DNA of 60,442 nt, taken from contig CAIOGI010000003.1 in NCBI GenBank assembly GCA_903857825.1, forward strand, positions 1 to 60,442, written 5' to 3'. A program made the translations under genes and the position numbers. Each line of letters starts with the position of its first letter. The first letter of the stretch is position 1. The DNA comes from Candidatus Tayloriibacteriota bacterium. GTDB taxonomy: Bacteria; Patescibacteriota; Minisyncoccia; Phycocordibacterales; PALSA-1337. The notes under the pieces were generated by a model. That model did not search any database, was not told the DNA's origin, and saw nothing but the letters and a program-made list of their open reading frames with translations. This document shows, piece by piece, positions 1 through 9,739 of the stretch.

Positions 1-14
1 AATAAATTAATAAT

Positions 15-1907
15 ATGATAAATAAACAAACAGAAGTGGTAAAACCTACAGAGATTACAACAGCCCCGATAATAAGACGTGCGCCTTATATTTCTCAGAA
101 TACAAAAGCTCCCAAAAAAGCTTCGACTAGAAGCCATGGTAGACCTTCACGTCCCCCAGAAGCAACCCAGGTTCACAAAAAGGTTGAAGATATGATACCG
201 AGCTTGTCTGAGGGTTCAATAAGAATAATTCCACTGGGAGGAGTTGAGGAAATTGGAAAGAACATGACAATGATTGAATATGGCAATGATATTGTCGTAA
301 TAGATATTGGTTTTCAGTTTAAAGACGAAAACACTCCTGGAATCGACTATATTCTTCCAAATACAAAATATTTAGAAGAAAGGAAAGACAGAATAAAAGC
401 TGTAATAGTTACTCATGGTCACTTAGATCATATAGGTGGTATACCCTATGTAATGCCTAGAATTGGTAATCCGCCATTATATACAAGAATGCTTACATCA
501 GTAATGATAAAAAAGCGTCAAGAAGAATTTACTCATGTTCCACCTTTGGATATAAAGATAGTTGAGAAAGATGAGACCATAACTATGGGTGCATTGAAAA
601 TCAAATTTTTTGCTGTTACACATACTATTCCAGATGCAATGGGAGTGATAGTACAAACACCATTTGGCTCTATAGTTCATACAGGTGACCTAAAACTTGA
701 TCACGTAAATGGTATTCCTACTGACGAAGAAGAGGAGGAATTTGCTAGAGCATTCAAAACTCCAACAAGTCGCTCGCAGCAAGAAAAAGTTTTGCTTCTA
801 ATGGCAGATTCAACGAATGTAGAGAACCCAGGTTTTTCAATTCCAGAAAAAACTGTTCACAAAAATATTGAAGAAATAATAAAGAACACAAAAGGACGCT
901 TGATCATAGCTACATTCGCCTCCCTACTCGAAAGAATGCTAAAGATAATAGAATTTGCTGAAAAATACGGAAAGAAAGTTGTTGTTGAGGGTAGAAGTAT
1001 GAAAACAAATATAGAAATTTGTCGTAATTTAGGAATATTAAAACCAAAGAAAGACACCTTGATTACGGTTGAAGAAATAGACAACTTCCCTCCTGAAAGA
1101 ATCATAGTACTAGCTACCGGAGCACAGGGAGATGAATTTGCTGCTATGATGAGAATGTCCAATAAGACACATAAATATATAAAAATAACAAAGAGAGATA
1201 CTATTTTACTTTCTTCTTCAATTGTCCCTGGAAATGAAAGAGCTGTTCAAAAACTAAAAGATAATCTTTCTAGACAAGGTGCAAACATTATTCACTATCG
1301 TATTGCCGATGTTCACTCTTCAGGACATGCTAATAAAGATGAAACGGCTTGGATTCATCAGAAGATTAGCCCAAAATTCTTTATGCCAGTTCACGGTTAT
1401 CATTATATGTTAAGAGTGCATGGTGATATAGCAAGAGAAGCAAATGGTCTAAAGGAAGATGCGATTATTATTCCAGATAATGGTTCAATAGTTGAAATAC
1501 AAAATTCTGGTGAAAAAATAGTAAAACTAAAAGAAAAAGCACCATCTGGTATAGTCATGGTTGATGGATTTTCTGTGGGCGATATTCAAGACGTTGTTAT
1601 CCGTGACCGACAAATGTTGGCTCAGGATGGAATATTTATTGTATTCGCAATTATCAATGCCCAGACAGGTAAATTAAAGAAATCTCCAGATATTATATCT
1701 CGTGGCTTCGTATACTTACGTGAATCTCAAGAACTTCTACACCATGCAAGAATCATAATTAAAAATACAGTTGAAGAAAGTACAAAAGGAATGAATCCTA
1801 TAAATATTGATTATGTTAAAGGAATAATAACTGATAATGTAAGCAAATTTCTGATGCAAAAAACTGCAAAGAGACCGATAGTTATTCCTGTATTGTTAAC
1901 AATATAG
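15..1907 (+). CDS. rnj: Ribonuclease J (metallo-beta-lactamase/beta-CASP)
   Basis: PLGGVEEIGKNM, THGHLDHIGG, HTGDLK, VHSSGHA and PDIISRGF motifs; basic N-terminal extension. Confidence 0.95.
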   Translation: MINKQTEVVKPTEITTAPIIRRAPYISQNTKAPKKASTRSHGRPSRPPEATQVHKKVEDMIPSLSEGSIRIIPLGGVEEIGKNMTMIEYGNDIVVIDIGFQFKDENTPGIDYILPNTKYLEERKDRIKAVIVTHGHLDHIGGIPYVMPRIGNPPLYTRMLTSVMIKKRQEEFTHVPPLDIKIVEKDETITMGALKIKFFAVTHTIPDAMGVIVQTPFGSIVHTGDLKLDHVNGIPTDEEEEEFARAFKTPTSRSQQEKVLLLMADSTNVENPGFSIPEKTVHKNIEEIIKNTKGRLIIATFASLLERMLKIIEFAEKYGKKVVVEGRSMKTNIEICRNLGILKPKKDTLITVEEIDNFPPERIIVLATGAQGDEFAAMMRMSNKTHKYIKITKRDTILLSSSIVPGNERAVQKLKDNLSRQGANIIHYRIADVHSSGHANKDETAWIHQKISPKFFMPVHGYHYMLRVHGDIAREANGLKEDAIIIPDNGSIVEIQNSGEKIVKLKEKAPSGIVMVDGFSVGDIQDVVIRDRQMLAQDGIFIVFAIINAQTGKLKKSPDIISRGFVYLRESQELLHHARIIIKNTVEESTKGMNPINIDYVKGIITDNVSKFLMQKTAKRPIVIPVLLTI

Positions 1908-1919
1908 CAAAATTGAGTT

Positions 1920-2060
1920 AGAAAAATTGAGACTCGGCACGGTGAGGAGGTCCTACTTTTTTGAACTTGTGAAAAAAAGAGGAGCCTCCGAGCGCGACAT
2001 TGTTTGATTTATCAAACAAGAAGTACTCCTGTGGTGCAAGTCGACGAGTCCAATTTTTCT
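1920..2060 (+). repeat. Nested palindromic element, copy 1 (outer arms AGAAAAATTGAGACTC...GAGTCCAATTTTTCT)
   Basis: Terminal inverted arms enclosing two internal hairpins; near-identical reverse-complement copy at 53735-53873. Confidence 0.9.
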
Positions 2061-2065
2061 TATGT

Positions 2066-2309
2066 TACGACTTATTTCACATGAGCTGTACTCAGCGAAT
2101 TTGTGAAATAGAAGTGCCCTTGTGGTACGACCTAAATTTCTTACGAGCAAAGCGAGTGTAGAAATTGGAAGTACTCTTTTGTGGTACGACTTATTTCACA
2201 TGAGCTGTACTCAGCGAATTTGTGAAATAGAAGTACCCTTTTGTGGTACGACTTATTTCACATGAGCTGTACTCAGCGAATTTGTGAAATAGAAGTACCC
2301 TTGTGGTAC
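2066..2309 (+). repeat. Tandem array of four ~60-nt units: linker GAAGTRCYC(T)nGTGGTACGAC alternating with 36-39 nt hairpin inserts
   Basis: Linkers at 2111-2131, 2168-2190, 2230-2252, 2292-2309; inserts 2072-2110, 2191-2229 and 2253-2291 are identical, 2132-2167 differs. Confidence 0.9.
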
Positions 2310-2312
2310 AAT
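2304..2312 (+). promoter_or_regulatory. Extended -10 element TG-G-TACAAT formed by the last array linker
   Basis: Matches TGnTATAAT with one mismatch; ATG at 2320 follows 7 nt later. Confidence 0.6.
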
Positions 2313-2319
2313 ATTCGTC

Positions 2320-3492
2320 ATGAAACATCATTTAAATATTAAAAAGTCTGGTGCACTCTATACATTGAGTGTACTGAGCTTTTTTCTTTCATTACATGTC
2401 GCATTACCATCATATTTCAACTCAAGCTTCCTAACCACACTAATAACTGAAAATGGTCTCAGTATCGTTTATTCAATTCAGTCTGTCTTAACAATAATAG
2501 GTTTTTTAATGATGCATAGTTTGCTGAGGAAGTTTGGAAATTTTAAGACATCTATTGCTTTGCTAGTTATACAAATCTTTGTCATTTATGGAATAATCAC
2601 CATGACAATTCCAAGTATTGTTATAATCCTATTTGTATTATCGATAGCAATAGTAAACATGATTGGTTTTACTCTAGATATATTTCTCGAAGAAAATACC
2701 AATATAGAAAATATCGGCACCGTACGAGGACATTTCTTAACAGCAGCAAATAGTGCATGGATTCTTGGACCATTAATAGGAGGAGTACTTATATTTGGTA
2801 ATAATTACAGGGGTATTTATATTGCTGCTATTTTACTACTATTCCCTATCATTTATATCGTATTTAGGAATTTCAAAAACTTTATTGATCCAAAATATGC
2901 AAAAATTTCCTTAACAAAAACAATTAGTGCAATATTCCATAATTCAGACATATCTAATCTAATTATTGTAACTTCCATATTAAACATATTCTATGCATGG
3001 ATGGTTATATATACGCCAATATATCTAAATACAATAATTGGTTTTAGTTGGGATGAGATAGGTATCATTTTTACAATAATGCTTATCCCATTTGTTCTCA
3101 TAGAAACACCACTAGGTAGAATCGCAGATAAAAAGCTAGGAGAAAAGGAAATAATGATTGCTGGATATATAATAATGGGGCTAGCTACTATTTCTCTTAG
3201 TTTTATTACTGGAAAAAATCTATTACTTTGGGCTGGTATATTATTTGTCACCCGTATCGGTGCAGCGGCTATTGAGATTATGATAGAGACGTATTTCTTC
3301 AAGAAAGTAGATAAAAGAGATACTGAGGTACTGGGCATATTTAGAGTAACAAGACCTATAGGATACATTGTTGCTCCACTGCTATCAGCAATTGGATTAT
3401 TACTAGTATCAGAGAAGTATTTATTTATTATACTTGGAGGTATTTGCCTACTAGCAATAATCCCTTTGGCAAAAATGAGGGATACTGCATAA
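2320..3492 (+). CDS. MFS transporter
   Basis: About 12 hydrophobic segments; GRIADKKLGEK MFS-like loop motif. Confidence 0.85.
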   Translation: MKHHLNIKKSGALYTLSVLSFFLSLHVALPSYFNSSFLTTLITENGLSIVYSIQSVLTIIGFLMMHSLLRKFGNFKTSIALLVIQIFVIYGIITMTIPSIVIILFVLSIAIVNMIGFTLDIFLEENTNIENIGTVRGHFLTAANSAWILGPLIGGVLIFGNNYRGIYIAAILLLFPIIYIVFRNFKNFIDPKYAKISLTKTISAIFHNSDISNLIIVTSILNIFYAWMVIYTPIYLNTIIGFSWDEIGIIFTIMLIPFVLIETPLGRIADKKLGEKEIMIAGYIIMGLATISLSFITGKNLLLWAGILFVTRIGAAAIEIMIETYFFKKVDKRDTEVLGIFRVTRPIGYIVAPLLSAIGLLLVSEKYLFIILGGICLLAIIPLAKMRDTA

Positions 3493-3512
3493 TAAAAAGT
3501 AGACAAGTCTAA

Positions 3513-5834
3513 TTAGCTTTGTTTGAATGGATTCTTGCCTTCTTGAAGTTGTTTAATCAATGGTTCAATCTGTGTCTTTGTCTGTGGGAACTTTTCTATT
3601 AAAGATTTTAATTCATTTGTCGCTGTCCATGTCTGATCATCCATTGCATAAGCTGCGGCTAAGAAGAATTTAACTTGTGGATCTTCTGGCTTTTTATCAA
3701 CCAATTCTTTATATATTTCAATAACCTTAGCATAATTTCCTAATTTACCATAAATACCTATCATTCTTTCATCAGTAAATATTTTAGGATCATTACCAAA
3801 TATTTCATGAGCTATTTTTTCTTTTCCTCCATTAACAAGCGCTAAGGCATATGCAATTTTTGAAAGTTCATAGTCTGGTGCGGATTCATAAGCATCCTTG
3901 GCAATAGCGATAGCATCCTCTGCTCTATTGGTATTAATATAATTCGTAGCAAGATCAAACTTTACAGCTTGTTTACCTGGAGTAAGTTTGTTTGCTTTCT
4001 CAAGTATTGGTAGAGATATATCGAACTTACCCAAGCTATTATAAAATGATCCAGCTATAACATACATACGTGCGTCATTAGGAGTCTCTGTTATTTGTCT
4101 ATCGATTTCTTTCTTGGTTAACTCATAAAAATCAGTTTTTATCTGCGCTGGAATTTGGCTACTATTCAAAACATTTCCCGCGCAAGAAATTAACTGCTCA
4201 CGAATTTCTTGATTTGCAGTTGTCTGATTTAATTTTAGTGCATTTTCAAAAGTCTTAACTGAAAGAGTTTTACCATCCGAACAAGATCTAAGAGCTGTTA
4301 TAAGTCTAGTATTTGCCTGAATCACTCTAATATTTATAAAGTAAAAACCAGAAATGAATGCAATAACTATTATAGGTACAAATATATAATCACGAACAAC
4401 CACCGCATCTTCTGACATCTTTTTCGTAGGATCTCCAAGTAATTTGCACTTCTTTCCTGATACCAATGCACTTATCATAGCCAGTAATGTGAAAAACATT
4501 ACATAACTAGTTTGATTATCAAATACGAATATATTATGTATACCATAGGCAACAAGAAGACCTATCAAAACAGATTTTTGACCAATACTCAAATCAGCTT
4601 TCCATATATAGAATAGAGCTAATACATACAGTGCAAGATATGCCAATAAACCAAGCAATCCACCAGCAACCAACCAATCCAAGAAAACGCTGTGTGCTCT
4701 GTCGAACCATTGTTCATGACCATACATCAAAGGAGTATAATCTCTATTAAAGATATAATTAAAATTCTCTTGACCTATACCTATAATAGCGGTTTTTGGA
4801 TTATCAAATATACCCTTTACTGCCATGGGCCAAATATATCCACGTGCTTGAGTTTTTGTATCAGAAAGCGAAATCGAGGAAAGACGACCTAATACCTGAT
4901 TGTTCTTTATCCAAGAAACATTTTTTGCTTTATAAAGTGAGAAACCTAATATAATTACTAGAACAATTAATCCACCGGATACATATCTAGTAAGATTTGA
5001 TTGGCCCTTTTCTACATTACCCTCTTTTTTCGAGCGTCCGAATATCGCATAGATTCCAGAAGTTATTAATATACCTGCCACCCAACCTAGAATAGAACCT
5101 CGGGTTGCTGTTTGAAAAATAATAAATGAAGAGAACACAAAGATCAAAGAGTAAATAGATATGAGTGCCATTGCCCCGTCTTTCTTTGCGACTTTCCACC
5201 CCCAAGCAATGATGGCCATGTATAAAGCAAGAAAGGCATTAAATATCATGTAAGCGCCCATGTAAGCCGAGTTTCCAAGGGATGCATCCACTCGACTAGC
5301 ACTTTGATGGACTTCTGCCAAACCAAAAAACTGAAATAAACCATAGAATGCTGTAATCGTACCTGATAACAATAGGACATTCAAAAATCTATACCAGTTC
5401 TTTCTACCTTCACTATTTTCATTCTTTGTATTACCAAAAATACTAGACATTACAATAAAGTATGCCCAGAGGTGAATTATTGTCATCCAACCTTCCATTC
5501 TCTCGAAATTTGACCATATACTACGCAAAGGGTTATATCCAAGCAAATCTGCAATTAGTGCAACTACCGTAAATACAGTCACTGTAATAGTAAGATAATT
5601 CATTCTAGGGGCTATACTTCTATCTGTACCAGCGTCAACAGTTCCCTTCTCTCTCAGTACCAATACAAGCCACAAAACCAAAACAATTTCAACAATTATT
5701 CTAAATGCAAATGCTTTTCCAGTTATAAAAGGAAAGAAATTTGAATTTGCTACGTATAAAGGAATAAATGCTATTAAGGCAAGGCCGATAATAATGGAAT
5801 ACTTGAGCACGGTGTTGATTGTTGTATTGTTCAT
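3513..5834 (-). CDS. O-antigen ligase (Wzy_C/WaaL-like) membrane protein with C-terminal TPR repeats
   Basis: Multi-TM; SLGNSAY, TATRGS, GIGQENF and DRAHSVFLD motifs; helical TPR-like tail. Start taken at MNNTT (5834). Confidence 0.8.
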   Translation of the reverse strand: MNNTTINTVLKYSIIIGLALIAFIPLYVANSNFFPFITGKAFAFRIIVEIVLVLWLVLVLREKGTVDAGTDRSIAPRMNYLTITVTVFTVVALIADLLGYNPLRSIWSNFERMEGWMTIIHLWAYFIVMSSIFGNTKNENSEGRKNWYRFLNVLLLSGTITAFYGLFQFFGLAEVHQSASRVDASLGNSAYMGAYMIFNAFLALYMAIIAWGWKVAKKDGAMALISIYSLIFVFSSFIIFQTATRGSILGWVAGILITSGIYAIFGRSKKEGNVEKGQSNLTRYVSGGLIVLVIILGFSLYKAKNVSWIKNNQVLGRLSSISLSDTKTQARGYIWPMAVKGIFDNPKTAIIGIGQENFNYIFNRDYTPLMYGHEQWFDRAHSVFLDWLVAGGLLGLLAYLALYVLALFYIWKADLSIGQKSVLIGLLVAYGIHNIFVFDNQTSYVMFFTLLAMISALVSGKKCKLLGDPTKKMSEDAVVVRDYIFVPIIVIAFISGFYFINIRVIQANTRLITALRSCSDGKTLSVKTFENALKLNQTTANQEIREQLISCAGNVLNSSQIPAQIKTDFYELTKKEIDRQITETPNDARMYVIAGSFYNSLGKFDISLPILEKANKLTPGKQAVKFDLATNYINTNRAEDAIAIAKDAYESAPDYELSKIAYALALVNGGKEKIAHEIFGNDPKIFTDERMIGIYGKLGNYAKVIEIYKELVDKKPEDPQVKFFLAAAYAMDDQTWTATNELKSLIEKFPQTKTQIEPLIKQLQEGKNPFKQS

Positions 5835-5883
5835 AATGGAAAAGAGTATATCATAAAATGATATGGTATGGTATGGTATATGT

Positions 5884-6324
5884 ATGAAAAAAATATTTGT
5901 TTCAGGCACTTACGATATAATACATGCTGGTCATATACAGTTCTTCAAGGATGCACGGGCATTAGGTGATCACCTTACAGTATCTTTTGCTAGCAAAGAT
6001 GTGATCGCTCTATCAAAAAAAAGACATCCCTCTCTTCCAGATAGTCATAAAGAAATTATTATAGGTTCAATTAGATATGTTGATAGAGTTGTTTCTAGTT
6101 CAGATATTGATCCTGTATTTGATTTTGTAAGTCATTGGAAAGAAGATAAGCCAGATATTTTGGTTGTAACAGAAGACGATCGAAATGCTGAGAAAAAAAG
6201 AATATTGTGTAAGGAGTTTGGAGTAGAATTAGTTATCTTACCAAAACATGTCTCAGTCGAGTCGGTTTCGACTTCAAGTATACTGGCTGGAATCAAAGAA
6301 AGAGCAAAAAATGAACAGATCTAA
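5884..6324 (+). CDS. HxGH nucleotidyltransferase (TagD/RibL-like cytidylyltransferase family)
   Basis: VSGTYDIIHAGH and VSTSSI motifs; start taken at MKKIF. Confidence 0.85.
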   Translation: MKKIFVSGTYDIIHAGHIQFFKDARALGDHLTVSFASKDVIALSKKRHPSLPDSHKEIIIGSIRYVDRVVSSSDIDPVFDFVSHWKEDKPDILVVTEDDRNAEKKRILCKEFGVELVILPKHVSVESVSTSSILAGIKERAKNEQI

Positions 6325-6346
6325 GAAATATAGAAACAAGATACTG

Positions 6347-6376
6347 TTTGACACCTTTTGACACCTTTGATATTAT
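6347..6376 (+). promoter_or_regulatory. Sigma70 promoter TTGACA-N17-TATTAT overlapped by 10-bp direct repeats (TTTGACACCT x2 plus partial)
   Basis: TTGACA 6348-6353, TATTAT 6371-6376; repeats 6347-6356 and 6357-6366. Confidence 0.75.
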
Positions 6377-6386
6377 ACACAGTAAC

Positions 6387-6635
6387 ATGATAGAAGAAAT
6401 TAAACCTCTCGGCGTTTATACTACAGAAGAAACTAAGAATGTACTTCGTATTAGTGACAGTACTATCAAAAGACTTCTAAAAAAGGGATTAATAAGAGCC
6501 AATAAAGTTGGAGGTCAATATCGTATTCTCGGAAAAGAGATACTTAGACTTGTATCTCCAGAGATCGAGGAGGAAGCAATCAAAACTTATTTAAAGGTCA
6601 AAGATAAGGTGGTTAATAAGATTAGTAAGTGGTAA
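6387..6635 (+). CDS. Small excisionase/MerR-like helix-turn-helix DNA-binding protein
   Basis: YTTEETKNVLRISDSTIKRLLKKGLIRANKVGGQYRI fits the HTH_17/Xis pattern; ATG at 6387 preferred. Confidence 0.8.
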   Translation: MIEEIKPLGVYTTEETKNVLRISDSTIKRLLKKGLIRANKVGGQYRILGKEILRLVSPEIEEEAIKTYLKVKDKVVNKISKW

Positions 6636-6646
6636 AATCATAAAAC

Positions 6647-7486
6647 ATGGAAAAAGCAGAGGCACAAATTCCGATAACTATAATAAGACCGAAGAAACTT
6701 TTCTCTTTACGTGATATTACAGAGGTATGGAAATATAAAGAATTACTATTTTTCTTTACATGGAGAGACTTGAAAGTTAGATATAAGCAAACATTTATCG
6801 GGGTAGCTTGGGCGATCTTTCAACCACTCATTACAATGGTGGTATTTACAGTTTTCTTTGGAGGCTTAGCAAAGATTCCTTCTGATGGTATTCCATATCC
6901 TATTTTCGTATTCACAGGATTATTATTCTGGCAGTTTTTTTCTACTGCGCTTAGTGATACAAGTAATTGTCTTATAGCAAATCAAGCCATTATTACAAAA
7001 GTATATTTTCCTAGACTAATACTTCCATTGTCATCTGTTATGACCAAACTGGTAGACTTTCTAATAGCCACACTCATACTAGTCTTAATGATGCTATATT
7101 ATGGTTTTATACCCAGGGTTGAAAGTCTCATCGTAATACCAATAGTTCTTATAATATCATTTATGTCGTCTGTGGGACTTGGTTTAGTGCTAGCCGCGAT
7201 AAATGTGAAATATAGGGACGTACGGTATGCTCTTCCATTTTTTATTCAAATGCTTCTTTTTGTGACTCCAGTTATTTATCCAGCCAGTATAGCTGGAAAA
7301 TATTCATGGATGCTATCCTTAAATCCAATGACAGGGGCTATACAAAGTGCTCGTGCCTCCCTTTTAGAAACAGCTCCAGTAAACTGGGAACTCGTGGGAA
7401 TTTCTTTTATGGCATGCCTTATTCTGATGTTTATAGGAGTTTATGTATTCAAGAAAGTCGAAAGATATTTTGCGGATATCGTATAA
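6647..7486 (+). CDS. wzm: ABC-2 polysaccharide exporter permease
   Basis: RDLKVRYKQT, KVYFPR, YRDVRY and LNPMT motifs. Confidence 0.9.
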   Translation: MEKAEAQIPITIIRPKKLFSLRDITEVWKYKELLFFFTWRDLKVRYKQTFIGVAWAIFQPLITMVVFTVFFGGLAKIPSDGIPYPIFVFTGLLFWQFFSTALSDTSNCLIANQAIITKVYFPRLILPLSSVMTKLVDFLIATLILVLMMLYYGFIPRVESLIVIPIVLIISFMSSVGLGLVLAAINVKYRDVRYALPFFIQMLLFVTPVIYPASIAGKYSWMLSLNPMTGAIQSARASLLETAPVNWELVGISFMACLILMFIGVYVFKKVERYFADIV

Positions 7487-7503
7487 TTTATATTTAAAAT
7501 AAA

Positions 7504-8778
7504 ATGGAAAATCCAATTATAGAAGTTAGGAACCTAGGAAAAAAATACAATATAAATCACCAACAAGGTAAGTATATTGCTCTTCGTGATGTTTTGGCGG
7601 GAATTTTCAAAAATCCACTTAAATTTATTAGAGACAAAACAAAAGAAGTTGCTGGAATAAACACGAAAGAAGATTATTGGGCATTAAAAGACTTGAACTT
7701 CACAGTGAATAAAGGTGAAGTGATAGGCATTATAGGTAGAAATGGAGCTGGAAAATCTACTCTTTTAAAGATTCTTTCTCAAATTACTCCACCTACAACT
7801 GGTGAGATAAAGATACGTGGACGAGTAGGAAGCCTACTTGAGGTCGGTACCGGCTTTCATCCAGAACTTACTGGAAGAGAGAATATAAGACTAAATGGTG
7901 CCATTCTTGGAATGACATATAAGGAAATTGCAAAAAAATTTGATCAGATAGTAGAATTCGCTGGCATAGAGAAGTTCCTAGATACACCAGTAAAATATTA
8001 CTCAAGTGGAATGTACGTTCGACTCGCCTTCTCAGTTGCAGCACACATGGAGCCGGATATACTAATCATTGACGAAGTACTTGCTGTTGGTGATGCTGAA
8101 TTTCAAAAAAAATGTCTTGGAAAGATGGGAGAGATAACAAAACAAGATGGTAGAACCATACTCTTTGTGAGTCATAATATGGCAGCGATAAGACAATTGT
8201 GCACTAAAACAATACTATTAGAAAATGGCAAACTACTATTTAGTGGTAATACTGAAGAAGTAATACAGCACTACAATAGTGAAATGATTGATAAAACTGG
8301 ACAAAGTTGGAATGGTGATGCTGGTGATGATGAAATACGAATAACTAGGGTCTTGTCACAGAGTTTAGATCAGGAAGGCAAATTTCATACAAATGCACCT
8401 ATTGAAATCTCGATCCATGGAACAATACTTAAAATGACAAAACATATGGTTATTGGTTTTCATCTTTTTTCTCAATTTGGTTATGAATTGGCATATTCCT
8501 TATATGATGATAATGATGCGGACATGGCGCCAACAGTACTCAAACCAGGACCATTTATTAAAAAATTTGTTATACCCGCAGATACTCTTTCAGAGGGTAC
8601 ATATTTGATAGAGTTAGACGTTGGTATTCATAATCTAAACAAAGTTTTAAGACCTGATCAGGGACGTGTATCATTTTCTTTAAGTAATGTTAATGGGATA
8701 GGAAAAAGATTCTCAGTACCACAAAAGCAAGGTTATGTTAGTGTCTTTAGACCGCGCTGGTCACAACAAAATAATTAA
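7504..8778 (+). CDS. wzt: ABC polysaccharide exporter ATPase with C-terminal Wzt_C-like domain
   Basis: GRNGAGKST, YSSGMYVRLAF and DEVLAVGD motifs; ~170-aa C-terminal extension. Confidence 0.9.
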   Translation: MENPIIEVRNLGKKYNINHQQGKYIALRDVLAGIFKNPLKFIRDKTKEVAGINTKEDYWALKDLNFTVNKGEVIGIIGRNGAGKSTLLKILSQITPPTTGEIKIRGRVGSLLEVGTGFHPELTGRENIRLNGAILGMTYKEIAKKFDQIVEFAGIEKFLDTPVKYYSSGMYVRLAFSVAAHMEPDILIIDEVLAVGDAEFQKKCLGKMGEITKQDGRTILFVSHNMAAIRQLCTKTILLENGKLLFSGNTEEVIQHYNSEMIDKTGQSWNGDAGDDEIRITRVLSQSLDQEGKFHTNAPIEISIHGTILKMTKHMVIGFHLFSQFGYELAYSLYDDNDADMAPTVLKPGPFIKKFVIPADTLSEGTYLIELDVGIHNLNKVLRPDQGRVSFSLSNVNGIGKRFSVPQKQGYVSVFRPRWSQQNN

Positions 8779-8788
8779 GATAATTAAT

Positions 8789-9739
8789 ATGAAAAAAATA
8801 ATCGTAACAACAACAATAAATGAACCTACTGAAGCAACGTTAAAATATTGTCAAAAAAAAGATTGGGATTTTATAATTGTAGGAGATACAAAAACCCCAC
8901 ATAATTCTTATATAAGCCTTCAAAAAAAATATAAGAATGTTACATATCTAAGTCCCGAAGATCAAGAAAGAAAATATAAAAAAATAAGTGACCTAATTGG
9001 TTGGAAATCAATTCAGCGAAGAAACATTGGCTTTATTGAAGCATATTCAGCAGGAGCCGACATAATAGCAACAGTAGATGATGACAATATACCCTATGAA
9101 TCTTGGGGGGATAATGTCATGATTGGAAAAGAAATATATGTAGACATGTATGAACCAGAAAATAGTGTATTCGATCCACTTTCAATCACAAAGGATAATT
9201 ATGTCTGGCACAGGGGTTATCCAATTGAGCTACTTTCTACAAGACATCGTGTTCAATATAAAGGCAAGAAAAAGATTAAGGTATTAATACAGGCAGATTT
9301 ATGGGATGGCGATCCAGATATTGATGCTATTGCCAGGTTAACATTTAAACCAATAGTAAAATATACAGACATCACTAGTCCATATACATCAAATAGGATA
9401 TCTCCATTCAATTCTCAAAATACCTTTTTTTCACGTGAAGTATTGCCATATTATTCAGTGCTACCACACATAGGTAGAATGGATGATATTTGGGGAGGAT
9501 ATATTTTACAAAAATATTTTCCGAATAACCTAATATACAATAAAGCATCAGTTTATCAAGATCGAAACCTTCAGGACCTTATAACAAATCTGCAAAATGA
9601 AATTATTGGATATAGAAATAATCTTAACCTGACAAATGATTTGAATAATTATGAAAAATATCTTCCAGAAGCAACGCTAAACTTTTATAAAGAATATAGG
9701 AAACAATTCAATGAAATCTCTAAAAAAACAAGACGATAG
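8789..9739 (+). CDS. STELLO/DUF288-like (GT75-related) glycosyltransferase
   Basis: IIVTTTIN, IVGDTKTP, RRNIGFIEAY, TVDDDN, DPDIDAI, NSQNT and RMDDIW motifs. Confidence 0.7.
   Translation: MKKIIVTTTINEPTEATLKYCQKKDWDFIIVGDTKTPHNSYISLQKKYKNVTYLSPEDQERKYKKISDLIGWKSIQRRNIGFIEAYSAGADIIATVDDDNIPYESWGDNVMIGKEIYVDMYEPENSVFDPLSITKDNYVWHRGYPIELLSTRHRVQYKGKKKIKVLIQADLWDGDPDIDAIARLTFKPIVKYTDITSPYTSNRISPFNSQNTFFSREVLPYYSVLPHIGRMDDIWGGYILQKYFPNNLIYNKASVYQDRNLQDLITNLQNEIIGYRNNLNLTNDLNNYEKYLPEATLNFYKEYRKQFNEISKKTRR

Noticed and set aside
1953..2150. 65-aa ORF and the similar 61-aa ORF at 53656-53841
   Set aside because: Their shared peptide simply reflects translation of the non-coding repeat element
2066..2309. 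Bona fide CRISPR array
   Set aside because: Three of four spacers are identical, spacers are self-complementary, linkers vary in length, units recur singly elsewhere, and no cas genes are in the window
5862..5879. (TATGG)x3 microsatellite as a phase-variation switch in a divergent promoter
   Set aside because: Only three units; no evidence of variation is available from one sequence
6387..6635. Prophage or ICE marked by an excisionase
   Set aside because: No integrase, att sites or phage genes nearby
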